A DNA stretch of 64,000 nucleotides from assembly GCA_963707955.1 (NCBI GenBank), contig OY970176.1, positions 96,001-160,000 of the forward strand. Reading direction: 5' to 3'. The notes beneath the pieces are model-generated. The model was given only the letters and a program-made list of their open reading frames with translations, did no database searches and was not told where the DNA came from. Shown here piece after piece: positions 1 to 10,662 of this stretch; within the stretch, counting starts at the first letter, position 1, and the number at the start of each line of letters is the position of its first letter. This DNA comes from Candidatus Bathyarchaeota archaeon (lineage in GTDB: Archaea > Thermoproteota > Bathyarchaeia > Bathyarchaeales > Bathycorpusculaceae). Both the position numbers and the translations under genes were made by a program.

Positions 1-248
1 GCACCGTTCAACATATGTCGCTTTTTTACGTATATCCCCTTTCCACTTCATTTCGGACAGCGCAATCTTCCTCTTAACCCTCAAATAGAGCATTAATGAT
101 TGAGTGGTCTTGACAAGCGCGCGCTAACCTGTTCACAGCACTCTCCTATTCTCATCTTCAAAAATGGTTGCGCGTACCGTAAGGATCGTTGCCAGAAAGT
201 TTTTAGGCCCGCTCTCCGCTAGACTACTTGAGAATCTTATCGGTGGGC

Positions 249-1160
249 ATGGCCATCAAAAGAGGCATTATTTTTGATATCAAAAAATTCGCAATTGATG
301 ACGGACCTGGGATACGCACAACCATATTCTTCAAGGGTTGTCTTCTGCGCTGCTGGTGGTGCCACAACCCCGAGGGTCAGCTGCCGACATCGGAATTGAT
401 GTACAGAAGAACTAGGTGTGACAGCTGTGCCGAGTGTGTAAGGATCTGTCCGGAAGAAGCAATTTCATGCTCTCTCAAAAGAATATCCATAAATAGGGAT
501 CACTGCAATCTGTGCGGAAAGTGTTGCCAGGTATGTCCAACAGGGGCCCTAACGATTGTTGGAAAGCAAGTGAGTCTAGAAGAGGTCTTGAGAGAGATTG
601 ACAAGGACTCGATTTTCTACGATGAGTCACAGGGCGGCGTGACAGCTTCTGGAGGAGAACCCCTTTTGCAGCTCGATTTTCTAAACGCGCTTCTCAAAGA
701 GTGCAAAGACAGAGACATTCGCACCGCAGTCGATACTTGTGGCTACGCCTCGCATGACGCCATCGACAAAATCAGCGATAAGGTAGACCTTTTCCTGTAT
801 GACATCAAGACTATGGATGAGAAAAAACATATGAAATACACTGGCGTATCAAACAAGCCAATTCTCGAAAATCTCAAGAGATTAGCCGAAAATGGAAGTA
901 ACATTCAGATTCGTTTTCCCATTATCCCAGGAATCAACGATGACAAGGAAAACGTCACCGAAACAGCTGAATTTGTGGCTTCGTGCAGAATAAAGAACAT
1001 AAGTCTTCTTCCTTACCACCGAGCGGGAATCGAGAAGTACAAGAGCCTAAGTAGGACATACAAGTTGAAAAAGATCCAAACGCCATCGGACCAAGACCTA
1101 AGTCTAATCGAAGAAGAACTTGAGGCTTTTGGGTTGAAAGTGAAGATAGGGGGAGGATAG
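249..1160 (+). CDS. Glycyl-radical enzyme activating enzyme (radical SAM) with 2x[4Fe-4S] ferredoxin insert
   Basis: DGPGIRT, GCLLRCWWCHNPE (CX3CX2C), two CxxCxxCxxxCP motifs, SGGEP, LLPYH; adjacent to GRE gene; ATG at 249 preferred over TTG at 228. Confidence 0.95.
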   Translation: MAIKRGIIFDIKKFAIDDGPGIRTTIFFKGCLLRCWWCHNPEGQLPTSELMYRRTRCDSCAECVRICPEEAISCSLKRISINRDHCNLCGKCCQVCPTGALTIVGKQVSLEEVLREIDKDSIFYDESQGGVTASGGEPLLQLDFLNALLKECKDRDIRTAVDTCGYASHDAIDKISDKVDLFLYDIKTMDEKKHMKYTGVSNKPILENLKRLAENGSNIQIRFPIIPGINDDKENVTETAEFVASCRIKNISLLPYHRAGIEKYKSLSRTYKLKKIQTPSDQDLSLIEEELEAFGLKVKIGGG

Positions 1161-1161
1161 C

Positions 1162-3525
1162 ATGAATGAAAGGGTTAGGAAACTGAGGGAACAGAGCATT
1201 AAGACGAAGCCGTATATCACAGCTGAAAGAGCGGTTCTTGTAACGGGGTTTTATGAGAGCGGCGTGGCGAGCCAGCTTTCTGAGCCTGTGCGAAGGGCAC
1301 TTGCGTTCAAGCATGTTCTTGAAAATAAGAAAATCTACGTCGGTCAAGAGGAGCTGATTGTCGGTGAGAGAGGGCCCGCTCCTAAGGCGGTTTCTACGTA
1401 CCCCGAAATATGTTGCCATAGCCTTGAAGACCTCGAAATCCTTAGCACGAGAAAAAAGACGCCATATGCAGTTAATGAGGAAACAAAGAGAACATACAAG
1501 GAAAAGATCATTCCGTTCTGGAAAGGTAGGTCAATAAGAGAGACAATATTCAGTGAGATGTCTCAAGAATGGAAGACCGCTTATCAAGCAGGGGTGTTCA
1601 CTGAATTTCTGGAGCAGAGAGCTCCGGGGCACACGGCTCTAGACAACAAGATTTACGGAAAAGGATTGGTTGATTTCAAGAAAGACATCGCAAGGAGCAT
1701 GCAAAGCCTCGATTTCTTGAATGATCCGAGAGCACACGAAAAGATGGAAGAACTCAGAGCCATGGACATTGTCGCGGACGCTCTTATCTGCTACGGAGCA
1801 AGATACGCTGAAAAGGCGAGAGAACTGCAAAAAAAGGAAAAGAATCAAGCGAGAAGAAAGGAACTGAAGAAGATGGCTGACGTGTGCACTCGTGTGCCAG
1901 CTCACGCGCCACGAGACTTCTGGGAAGCCTTGCAGCACTACTGGTTCATTCACCTCGGAGTAATAACAGAGCTCAACCCTTGGGACGCGTTCAACCCTGG
2001 CAGGCTCGACCAACATCTCTACTCTTTCTACACGAAGGGTTTTGACGACGGAACTTTGACGAAGGAAAGTGCAAAAGAACTCCTGCAGCTGCTTTGGATA
2101 AAGTTCAACAACCAGCCAGCTCCGCCGAAGGTGGGAGTCACGGCAGAAGAAAGCAACACGTACAATGATTTCGCGCTGATAAACACGGGCGGAGTCAAGG
2201 CTGACGGTTCAGACGGAGTGAACGAACTTTCCTATCTGATACTTGACGTCATAGAGGAAATGAGGATTCCTCAGCCTAGTTCGATGGTTCAGATTAGCAA
2301 AAAGACTCCTGACAGTTTCTTGAAAAGAGCATTGAGAATCATAAGGACAGGCTTTGGGCAACCATCAGTGTTTAACACTGACGTCATAATTCAAGAGCTT
2401 CTGAGGCAGGGAAAAAGAATCGAAGATGCGAGAAACGGAGGCGCAAGTGGGTGCGTGGAGACAGGAGCCTTTGGCAAAGAGTGCTACATTCTCACGGGGT
2501 ATTTCAACTTGGTCAAAGTGCTCGAGACCACTTTGAACAACGGTCTGGACCCGAGAACAGGTCAAAAGATTGGACTCGAAACAGGCGACCCCACTAAGTT
2601 CAGTTCTTTTGACGAAGTTTTCGATGCGTTCAAGAGGCAACTCAACTACTTTGTCGATCTCAAGATTAAGGGAAACAACATAATAGAAAGATTGTATGCC
2701 GAACACTTGCCTGTGCCTTTCTTGTCCCTCCTCATAGACGATTGCATATCGAAAGGCAAGGACTACAACGATGGAGGAGCTCGATACAATACGAGCTACA
2801 TTCAAGGCGTGGGACTTGGCACGGTAACAGACTCGCTCGCAGCAATAAGCTATCAAGTTTTCGACACGAAACAGATCGCCATGAGAGAGTTACTCAAGGC
2901 CCTAAAAGCGGACTTCAACGGGTACGAAACCCTCCGTCAGATACTCCTGAACAAAACGCCGAAATATGGAAACGATGACGATTATGCGGACGATGTGATG
3001 AAAGCCGTTTTTGAAGCCTACTACGAGGCAATAGAAGGAAGACCCAGCACGAAAGGCGGCAACTACAGAATAAACCTGTTACCAACGACGGTACACGTCT
3101 ATTTCGGAAGGGTCACAGGGGCCACGGCCGACGGGAGAAAAGCGTTGGAACCATTGTCTGAGGGAGTGTCGCCGGTCCAAGGAGCCGATAGAAAAGGCCC
3201 CACAGCGGTGATAAAATCCGTCTCCAAAATAGACCATGCAAGAACAGGCGGAACCCTGCTTAACCAGAAATTCGCCCCTGAACTCTTGGCCGATGAAGAA
3301 GGATTAGACAAGCTGGCCCATCTCATTCGCACGTATTTCAAACTAGATGGACACCATATTCAATTCAACGTGGTGAATGCTGAGACTTTGCGTGATGCAC
3401 AGAAACATCCCGAAAAATACGGAGATCTCTTGGTAAGGGTCGCAGGATACAGTGATTACTTTGTTAATCTCAGTGTAGAACTGCAGAACGAAATAATCAA
3501 GAGAACTGAACACAAATCCTTCTGA
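1162..3525 (+). CDS. hypD: Glycyl radical enzyme, trans-4-hydroxy-L-proline dehydratase type
   Basis: RVAGY glycyl loop, SGCVE Cys loop, and HypD-typical motifs TYPEICCH, EQRAPGH, WDAF, KFNNQPAPPKVG, ESxTYxDF, LPTT. Confidence 0.88.
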   Translation: MNERVRKLREQSIKTKPYITAERAVLVTGFYESGVASQLSEPVRRALAFKHVLENKKIYVGQEELIVGERGPAPKAVSTYPEICCHSLEDLEILSTRKKTPYAVNEETKRTYKEKIIPFWKGRSIRETIFSEMSQEWKTAYQAGVFTEFLEQRAPGHTALDNKIYGKGLVDFKKDIARSMQSLDFLNDPRAHEKMEELRAMDIVADALICYGARYAEKARELQKKEKNQARRKELKKMADVCTRVPAHAPRDFWEALQHYWFIHLGVITELNPWDAFNPGRLDQHLYSFYTKGFDDGTLTKESAKELLQLLWIKFNNQPAPPKVGVTAEESNTYNDFALINTGGVKADGSDGVNELSYLILDVIEEMRIPQPSSMVQISKKTPDSFLKRALRIIRTGFGQPSVFNTDVIIQELLRQGKRIEDARNGGASGCVETGAFGKECYILTGYFNLVKVLETTLNNGLDPRTGQKIGLETGDPTKFSSFDEVFDAFKRQLNYFVDLKIKGNNIIERLYAEHLPVPFLSLLIDDCISKGKDYNDGGARYNTSYIQGVGLGTVTDSLAAISYQVFDTKQIAMRELLKALKADFNGYETLRQILLNKTPKYGNDDDYADDVMKAVFEAYYEAIEGRPSTKGGNYRINLLPTTVHVYFGRVTGATADGRKALEPLSEGVSPVQGADRKGPTAVIKSVSKIDHARTGGTLLNQKFAPELLADEEGLDKLAHLIRTYFKLDGHHIQFNVVNAETLRDAQKHPEKYGDLLVRVAGYSDYFVNLSVELQNEIIKRTEHKSF

Positions 3526-3834
3526 AAGAATCCCGTTACATCTCAATCGAACAATAACCTCAACCCTTTTATTTGTCTCCAGCAAGAAATCAATCGAATC
3601 CATACGCTGAAAATGCTGTACATAAGTCCTGTGAGAAGTGACGTCTTCGATTGACCCATATTCTCTGTCAAAGTGAAAGTGCTTTGAAGAGAACAGCTGT
3701 ATTACCCTTTTCGTCTTCCATATCTTGTAGGCTTGCTTGCTCTTCTTTCTCTTAGAGTGCACTTCATCCCAGACAATCCGCGTGCCTGCGAAGACTTATT
3801 AGACTAGGAATGTAGAACAGAAACAAGTGAAATT

Positions 3835-4758
3835 ATGTCTAGTGAGCAGGTTTTCAAGAAAGTTCTAGTTGCTATTGATGGCTCACTTCCGTCTGTTATT
3901 GCTGAAGAACTAACAGTCTTCATGGCTAAGAAACTTGATTCAAATGTGACGGTTCTTCACGTAATATCCCATGAGTTCATGGGTTCCCAGCTTGAGAAAT
4001 ATATTCCAATACTCTACAAGGATGTGCCTCTAGGCACTGGAGGTGCTCTCGAAGAACGTGTTTCTGCAGTGCCAGCCTCGGGCGCACAAGAAGCTGTTGC
4101 AAAAGAGATCACGATGTCATATAGACAAAGAGGCACAGACGTGATTGAAGAGGCTGCAGCCCTCTTCAAAGAAGAAGGCATACCGGTGGATCAGAAGCTT
4201 TTAGAGCATGCTGATCCAGCCGAAAGTATAATAAGAGAGGCTGAAAAGGGAAACTACGATTTAGTAGTTATTGGGTCCAGTGGAGAGGAAGAGAAGAAGC
4301 CGCATTTAGGAAGCGTTGCTAAAAAAGCAGCGTTATACGCCAAAACCTCTGTCCTGATCGCCAGAGAAAAAAGACAGATATCAAGAATAATAGTTCCAGT
4401 CGACGGCTCTGAGCATTCAAAAAAGGTTGTCCATTATGCCGCAATTCTGGCTAAAAAGTTGGGCGTTGAAGTGGCATTACTTCATGTTCAAGAGCCTGAT
4501 TTGCCTCCCAGAATCATGAAAGAAATAGGAACCCGAATACTATCCGAAGCAGCTGGCCAATTTGAAGGTATAAAGCCAGATCAGAAGCTGGCATCGGGCG
4601 ATCCAGCCAAGACTATTATTCAAACGGCAAAAAAAGGGGACTACGACCTGATCCTAATGGGACACAAAGGGCATGGCGTCGTTGCCCAATTTTTACTGGG
4701 AAGTGTAAGCGACCACGTAATCCAATACATAGACCGTTCAGTACTCCTAATAAGATGA
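3835..4758 (+). CDS. Universal stress protein, tandem USP domains
   Basis: Two repeats of VxxDGS...D(L)xxxG...LGSV. Confidence 0.92.
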   Translation: MSSEQVFKKVLVAIDGSLPSVIAEELTVFMAKKLDSNVTVLHVISHEFMGSQLEKYIPILYKDVPLGTGGALEERVSAVPASGAQEAVAKEITMSYRQRGTDVIEEAAALFKEEGIPVDQKLLEHADPAESIIREAEKGNYDLVVIGSSGEEEKKPHLGSVAKKAALYAKTSVLIAREKRQISRIIVPVDGSEHSKKVVHYAAILAKKLGVEVALLHVQEPDLPPRIMKEIGTRILSEAAGQFEGIKPDQKLASGDPAKTIIQTAKKGDYDLILMGHKGHGVVAQFLLGSVSDHVIQYIDRSVLLIR

Positions 4759-4830
4759 GAAATCCTTAACCGGCGCGCGCTGGACAAGATTTTTATTCAC
4801 ATAAACATATTCTCAGATGGGTGAAAGAAT

Positions 4831-5872
4831 TTGTCTTGGTACATAGAATTAGGAAAAGCTGCAGACACTTTGGTAAATTACGTTCTAAAAGTAAAGAAAG
4901 AAGAGGACGTTCTCATATATGGAGATGACATTGTCGATGCTGCCGTACTGAATGCAACAGCGGCAGCAGTCAAATCCGCAGGAGCGACGCCCACCATAGT
5001 CATTCACGAGACGCGAGAAATCTCTTTCACTGAACCTCCTAAGCCTCTTGCCGCAGCAATGATGGACTCTGATGTCACGGTGGAATTCTCAGCTAGGGCC
5101 ATATTATATACCAGTGCGCAGACAAACGCCCTGAAGCGGAACCGGGCCTACATTTGTCTAACGTCCCTTGACCGTGAAGCAATGGTTCGAACCTTAGGTT
5201 GGGTGAACTATCCGAAAATGGTTGAGTTGGGAGACAAACTTGCAGAAATGACTACAAAGGCTGATGAAATCAGGATAACCAGCCCCTCAGGAACGAACTT
5301 TTCCGCCAAAATTGGCGGACGAAAGTTCGAGAATTTCGGAAGCACTGCTGACAAAAGAAAAGTGATAATGTTAGGTGGACAGACGGGCGGTTCTCCCATC
5401 GAGGAGACCGAAAATGGCCTGTTAGCATTTGACGGAAATGTGTGGCCTCCAGACGAGATCAAATCGAACATAAGGACCCCGATAAAATGCAAGGTTGACA
5501 AAGGCGTATTAACTGAAATTTCTGGCGGCGTAGAGGCTGACATACTCCGGAGGTATTTAGCAAGCCTTAAAGATCGCAATATGTACCGGATAGCTCACAT
5601 CTGCTACGGATACCATCCTAAGGCAAGAGTAACAGGCGACATATCAGAGGTCGAGAGAGTCTGGGGTTGCTTCCAAGTAGGTCTGGGGTTCCCAAGGGCC
5701 GCTTCTGAGACCAGACCTTAAAGGCGCCTTTGGATGGAGAGCTGCATCGCACGACGACGGCATCATACTGAAGGCATCGATATACCTTGACGGTGAACCC
5801 GTGCAGAAAGATGGAAAGTTCGTCCACCCTGAGTTGTTGCCAATCATAAAAGAGATGGGCGTTGAACAATAA
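4831..5872 (+). pseudogene. M29/aminopeptidase-T-fold protein split by a +1 frameshift near 5685-5690 (pseudogene or sequence error)
   Basis: ORF 4831-5721 aligns to paralog 14837-15883; the shifted frame continues GSQGP...SHDDGIILKASIYLDG...VHPEL to TAA at 5870-5872. Confidence 0.85.
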
Positions 5873-5884
5873 GATCGCAAATCC

Positions 5885-5896
5885 TCTTTTCTTTTT
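5885..5896 (+). terminator. Pyrimidine/T-rich archaeal-type terminator
   Basis: TCTTTTCTTTTT just after the stop at 5872. Confidence 0.4.
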
Positions 5897-6102
5897 AGCG
5901 CGAGACATGAGGTTTTGGAAAACCTCTTTCGCTCTTCCTAATGATTGCTTGAACCACTTGAATGCACGTAAACAGTGATCGAGAGCGTTTTAGCGCGCGC
6001 GAGGATCTATCGTGAAATGCCCTGCATGCGAATTTAGGAACAGGCATACGCGCTCAAGTTTAAATAGCCTCTTTGATCTAAGGAGGCGTGTGGTGAATCG
6101 GT

Positions 6103-6816
6103 TTGCTGAAGATCTTGTTCATAAACCCTGTCGGAACTAGCGCCCTAGATGAGCACATGCTGGAGACGATAAATGAGGTTAAGAGACCGGACGTAAAACC
6201 TAAGGTCGTTCATTTGTGCAAGGGTCCAGTCCACTTGGAGTACCACTACTATGAACATCTGAATCTTGATGAAACTCTAGAGTGGGTGAAGTGGGCGGAG
6301 AAAGAGGAGTACGATGCGGTGGTCATTGGCTGCTTCTATGATCCGGGAGTAAGAGAGGCCAGAGAGCTTGTTTCGATTCCGGTGATTGTTCCGGCAGAGG
6401 CTACGATGCACGTTGCCGCGACTCTTGGGCACAAGTTTTCCGTAATTGTGGGCAGACGGAAGTCGATTCCCAGGATGGAGAGCAATGTGTACGTCTATGG
6501 GCTTGAGAGGAAGCTTGCCTCTTTTAGGACTATAGAGTTCACGGTTCCGAGGATGGGTTCTGAGCCTGAGAAGCTGAAAAAGGCGATATTGACGGAGGCT
6601 AAGAAGGCTGTTGAGGAGGACGGTGCGGAAGTCATAGTCTTAGGATGCACGATGGAATCTGGATTCATGAAGGAGCTGACAAACAAGCTGAAAGTGCCTG
6701 TTCTGGATGCCGTGGTTACTTCGTGGAAGTACGCTGAAATGATGGCTGACTTGTATCGCAAGGTTGGCCTAGCGCACTCGAAGCTCTACGGGTACGAACC
6801 TCCACCGGACGTCTAA
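6103..6816 (+). CDS. Asp/Glu/hydantoin racemase family protein (hydantoin racemase-like)
   Basis: INP N-terminus, IGCFYDPG and LGCT two-cysteine motifs, PVLD. Confidence 0.9.
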   Translation: MLKILFINPVGTSALDEHMLETINEVKRPDVKPKVVHLCKGPVHLEYHYYEHLNLDETLEWVKWAEKEEYDAVVIGCFYDPGVREARELVSIPVIVPAEATMHVAATLGHKFSVIVGRRKSIPRMESNVYVYGLERKLASFRTIEFTVPRMGSEPEKLKKAILTEAKKAVEEDGAEVIVLGCTMESGFMKELTNKLKVPVLDAVVTSWKYAEMMADLYRKVGLAHSKLYGYEPPPDV

Positions 6817-6945
6817 ATTGACAATTCGCCAAAAATGGGCAAAATATGTGTTGGCACTATGTTACGACTGCACACTTGAGAACCCACCCATGCAGAAAAA
6901 CATATATCGTGTATCATAGCTACAGTGCTCCTAAGGAGGAAAAAA

Positions 6946-8595
6946 ATGAAGTCTTTCTTAAGCAGATCAGCTATTTCAAAAGTATACGCCGCTATCCTTG
7001 CAATAATCATCATCGTAGCTATAATTGTAGGCTCGCTGTACGCCGCAGGTTATTTTCCCAGTTCGACACCAACTGCTAGGATACTGCGTTTCACTCATCC
7101 TGCCCCATGGCACATTGACCCAGCCGTCGGCTCAGACCTAGCCAGCGCGTCTTCTCTCATAAACCTGTACGATCCGCTGGTTTTCCCACAGACTGTGGCA
7201 GAGGGCTCAGGCGTTAAACCCTGGATCGCTACAGTCTGGTCGTCTTCGGCAGATGGTCTAACGTGGACTTTTACAATCAGGCAGGGCGTATTGTTCCACT
7301 CAGGGAATGAGCTGAACGCTACGGACGTTGCCTTTAGCATGAACAGACTTCTGACGATAGGCCAGGGGTACTCATACTTATTCACCCCCTACGTGAGCTC
7401 TGCAAATGCAACAGGCCCGTGGACAGTCGTATTCACGCTTGGCAAACCTTTTGCACCGTTCCTACTTTCGCTCGTTAGGCTGTGGATACTTGACTCCAAA
7501 ACAGTGATTGCCCACGAGACGAGTGGTTCCTACGGCGCAAACGGTGACTACGGCATGGGCTGGCTTGATATTTACGATGCTGGTTCGGGTCCGTTCACGG
7601 TCAAATCAAACTCAGTAACGCTTCTGACCATGACATTCTTCTCGAAATACTGGGGAACTGTTGCACCTCTGCACCCAACTGAAGTTGACCTTATCGCAGA
7701 ACCGACCTCAACGACGGAAATAAGCATGATGGATACAGCCCAGCTGGAGATAACATCGCCTTGGCTTTCAGACCTGCAGTATGGGTCTCTGAATGGTACG
7801 AATGGTATCTACATAGCAAACGTTCCTGAACCCAACGAGTATTATTACATGATGAACACCCTGAAGCCTCCATTAGATGACATACATGTGAGGGAAGCAC
7901 TGGCCTACTGTTTGAACTATACGGGCATGATTGCAGGGTTGTATCCACTAAGCGCAGTGTCTACAAGCTGCGTGCCCGCGAGCGTTGCAGGATACCTCGA
8001 CTGTTCACCCTACTATTACAACGTGACCAAAGCCAAAGAGGAACTCGCGATGTCCAAGTACGCTAATAACATCAGTAGCTATTCCATTGACTTCGATTGG
8101 ATCAACACGGTTCCTATAAGGGAACTAGACGCGGAATACTTCGCAAGTTGCGCAAATGCAATAGGCATAAAAATCAACGTTGTCAGTGAAACATGGATCA
8201 AGTTCGAGTCGGACGTCGGTAGCAAAGCCACGTGCCCCGGCATGGCAAACGTTGAGGTGGATTCGGATTACACTGAGGCAGGCTCACTTCTAGAGGCCCG
8301 GTACAGCTCAGCGTCTATGGGAACATGGGAACAGATGGAATGGCTTAATGACTCAACGTATGATAGTATGTTGGAGCAGGCTCTGGGAACGCTCAACCAA
8401 ACCCAAAGATACGCCCTGTATGGAGAGCTGCAGCAATACATAATGAACCTATGCCCAAGCATGTTCATCTTCGACTATACAATGATTTGCGCAGCTCAAA
8501 AGTACGTCAGCTGGCCTATGGCCAACGTAAGCCAGTCTGTTCCATCGATGGGTTATAACTACGACGGAAGGCTGATACAGATACTGGCGCATTAG
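6946..8595 (+). CDS. Peptide ABC transporter substrate-binding protein (family 5, DppA/OppA-like)
   Basis: IDPA, LYDPLV, WTFTIRQGVLFHSG, GSGPF, VREAL; AGGAGG RBS at 6934-6939; N-terminal hydrophobic anchor. Confidence 0.93.
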   Translation: MKSFLSRSAISKVYAAILAIIIIVAIIVGSLYAAGYFPSSTPTARILRFTHPAPWHIDPAVGSDLASASSLINLYDPLVFPQTVAEGSGVKPWIATVWSSSADGLTWTFTIRQGVLFHSGNELNATDVAFSMNRLLTIGQGYSYLFTPYVSSANATGPWTVVFTLGKPFAPFLLSLVRLWILDSKTVIAHETSGSYGANGDYGMGWLDIYDAGSGPFTVKSNSVTLLTMTFFSKYWGTVAPLHPTEVDLIAEPTSTTEISMMDTAQLEITSPWLSDLQYGSLNGTNGIYIANVPEPNEYYYMMNTLKPPLDDIHVREALAYCLNYTGMIAGLYPLSAVSTSCVPASVAGYLDCSPYYYNVTKAKEELAMSKYANNISSYSIDFDWINTVPIRELDAEYFASCANAIGIKINVVSETWIKFESDVGSKATCPGMANVEVDSDYTEAGSLLEARYSSASMGTWEQMEWLNDSTYDSMLEQALGTLNQTQRYALYGELQQYIMNLCPSMFIFDYTMICAAQKYVSWPMANVSQSVPSMGYNYDGRLIQILAH

Positions 8596-8745
8596 TCAAC
8601 GCGAAGCATGTGACACGCAAATACTCTTCCTCACCCTTTTTCTTTGGTAATAGTCTGATTCTAAGAAGACAGCTACGCGCGCAGGCTAAAGTTTTTTAAA
8701 GGTGGGTTTAACGTAAACATATACAAGTTGAAAGCGGGTTAACTG

Positions 8746-9766
8746 ATGAAGTTTTCATCATACATAGCGAGGAGAATTGTATACATTGTATTCAGTTTAT
8801 TCGGTTTGTCTGTGCTAGTTTTCGTGTTAGCGAGGGTGTTGCCAGGGGATGTGGCGCGAATGACTCTCGGACCGAGAGCCCCCCAATTTGCTGTTGACGC
8901 CCTGCGAAAGCAGCTGAGACTGGATGAACCTCTTCCCGTGCAATATTTTTACTGGTTGATTGACCTTTTTCACGGTAATTTGGGCTTCTCTACGTATACC
9001 CGGGGCAGTGTCACAGCAGTCTGTCTTGGAATACCTTCCTGTGTCGCTTGAGTTGATAACGCTGGCAGCGATATTCAATATTTTAGGAGCATTCCTTCTC
9101 GGCGTGATAGCCGGCAGATACTCCTTCAAGTGGCCTGACAACCTTGTCAGAATTGTTTCTTACGTTGGAATATCCGTTCCGGCTTTCGTGATGGCCATAA
9201 TACTCGAACTGCTTTTCGGTTGGTGGTTGCGTATCTTTCCTGTATCAGGAAACCTAAGCGTTGCTGCTCCTACAAGGATAACGGGGTTTGTTACAATTGA
9301 CTCTTTGATAACCGGGAGATTCGACGCATTCGTCGATGTCCTGTGGCACATGGTGTTGCCTGCGCTCGCGCTGTGCATAGGAGGAATGATGCAAGACGCG
9401 AGAATAATAAGGGCAGGCATGGTTGAAAACCAGGACAAGGACTACGTAACGATGGCGAAATGTGAAGGCTTACCCGAACGGCAAGTCATGTTCAAGTACC
9501 TCCTCAAACCGTCGGTCATACCGGCGATAACAGTTATGGGAATGGACATAGCCGCGCTACTTTCGAATGCCTTCCTTGTAGAGATGGTCTTCAATTGGCC
9601 TGGGTTCTCAAGGCTGGGCATCGCATTCATGTTGAACAAAGACCTCAATGGGATAGTCGCCCTTGTCTTAATAATAGGCATAATATATGCCGTAATAAAC
9701 GTCGTCACGGACATCATTGTTGCCTATCTAGATCCAAGAATCAGGCTGATGGAGAGGGGAGAGTAG
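8746..9766 (+). pseudogene. DppB-like ABC permease split by a +1 frameshift near 9000-9020 (pseudogene or sequence error)
   Basis: N-terminal YIARR...LPGD...LDEPLPVQY in one frame; LPVSLEL...SVPAF...EMVFNWPG...LDPRIR in the next. Confidence 0.88.
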
Positions 9767-9767
9767 G

Positions 9768-10658
9768 TTGAGAGTGGATCTGCTTAACGTGCTGAAACAA
9801 CTGCCTCGAAGGTTGGATTTGAAACGCAGGTGGTACAGGTTCTCAAGAAGCCCCTTATCCATAATGGGACTAATAATCGCAGTCGGGTCCATCGCGATTG
9901 CCCTGTCTGCTCCCTTCATCGCTCCCGATCCGAAAAGCGCAGGTATGTATGTCAACCTTGATGCCCGCCTCCAACCTCCGAGCTGGAGCCATTTTTTCGG
10001 CACGGACGATTTGGGAAGGGACATTTTCAGCAGAACCCTTTTTGGGTTTCAGTATTCTCTTGTGATGGCCGCTGTTGTTATCGCCCTTGTGGCACCGCTA
10101 GGCATAGTTCTTGGTCTTGTCGCAGGCTACTATAGGGGGAAATGGCTTGACACGGTAATAATGAGAATAGCTGACATATTCATTGCTGTTCCCCCATTAG
10201 TCTTGGCCTTGGCAGTGGCTTCGCTGCTGACCCCAAGCGCGTTCAATGCAATGATGGCTGTTTCTTTGATGTGGTGGCCATGGTATACTCGTCTAACATA
10301 CAGCACTTCATCGGCGTTGAGGAATGAGTACTTCGTGCAGGCGGCGGAGGTCATGGGCGCCAGCCCAGGCCACATAATGTTCAGCGAAATCCTTCCAAAC
10401 TGCCTTGGCCCTATTCTGACAAAACTAACACTTGACGTGGGCTGGGTGATACTGCTGGGGTCGGCACTGAACTTCGTAGGGCTTGGCGCACAGGACCCGA
10501 CTGCTGATCTTGGAACAATGGTCTCCAAAGGAGCACAGTACATGCCTCAATATTGGTGGTTGACCATTTTTCCGGCGCTTGCGATAGTCTTCATAATCCT
10601 AGGATTCAACCTGTTAGGTGACGGCATCCGAGACATGTTCACGGAAGAGTCGAGGTAG
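9768..10658 (+). CDS. DppC-like ABC permease
   Basis: HFFGTDDLGRDIFSR, EYFVQAA loop, GFNLLGDGIRD. Confidence 0.93.
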   Translation: MRVDLLNVLKQLPRRLDLKRRWYRFSRSPLSIMGLIIAVGSIAIALSAPFIAPDPKSAGMYVNLDARLQPPSWSHFFGTDDLGRDIFSRTLFGFQYSLVMAAVVIALVAPLGIVLGLVAGYYRGKWLDTVIMRIADIFIAVPPLVLALAVASLLTPSAFNAMMAVSLMWWPWYTRLTYSTSSALRNEYFVQAAEVMGASPGHIMFSEILPNCLGPILTKLTLDVGWVILLGSALNFVGLGAQDPTADLGTMVSKGAQYMPQYWWLTIFPALAIVFIILGFNLLGDGIRDMFTEESR

Positions 10659-10662
10659 CAAA

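Noticed and set aside
1-10. GCACCGTT shared with 60468-60475 as a possible att repeat
   Set aside because: Only 8 bp, and core genes lie between the copies
3343-3762. 139-aa minus-strand ORF after hypD
   Set aside because: Overlaps the hypD 3' end, no recognisable motif
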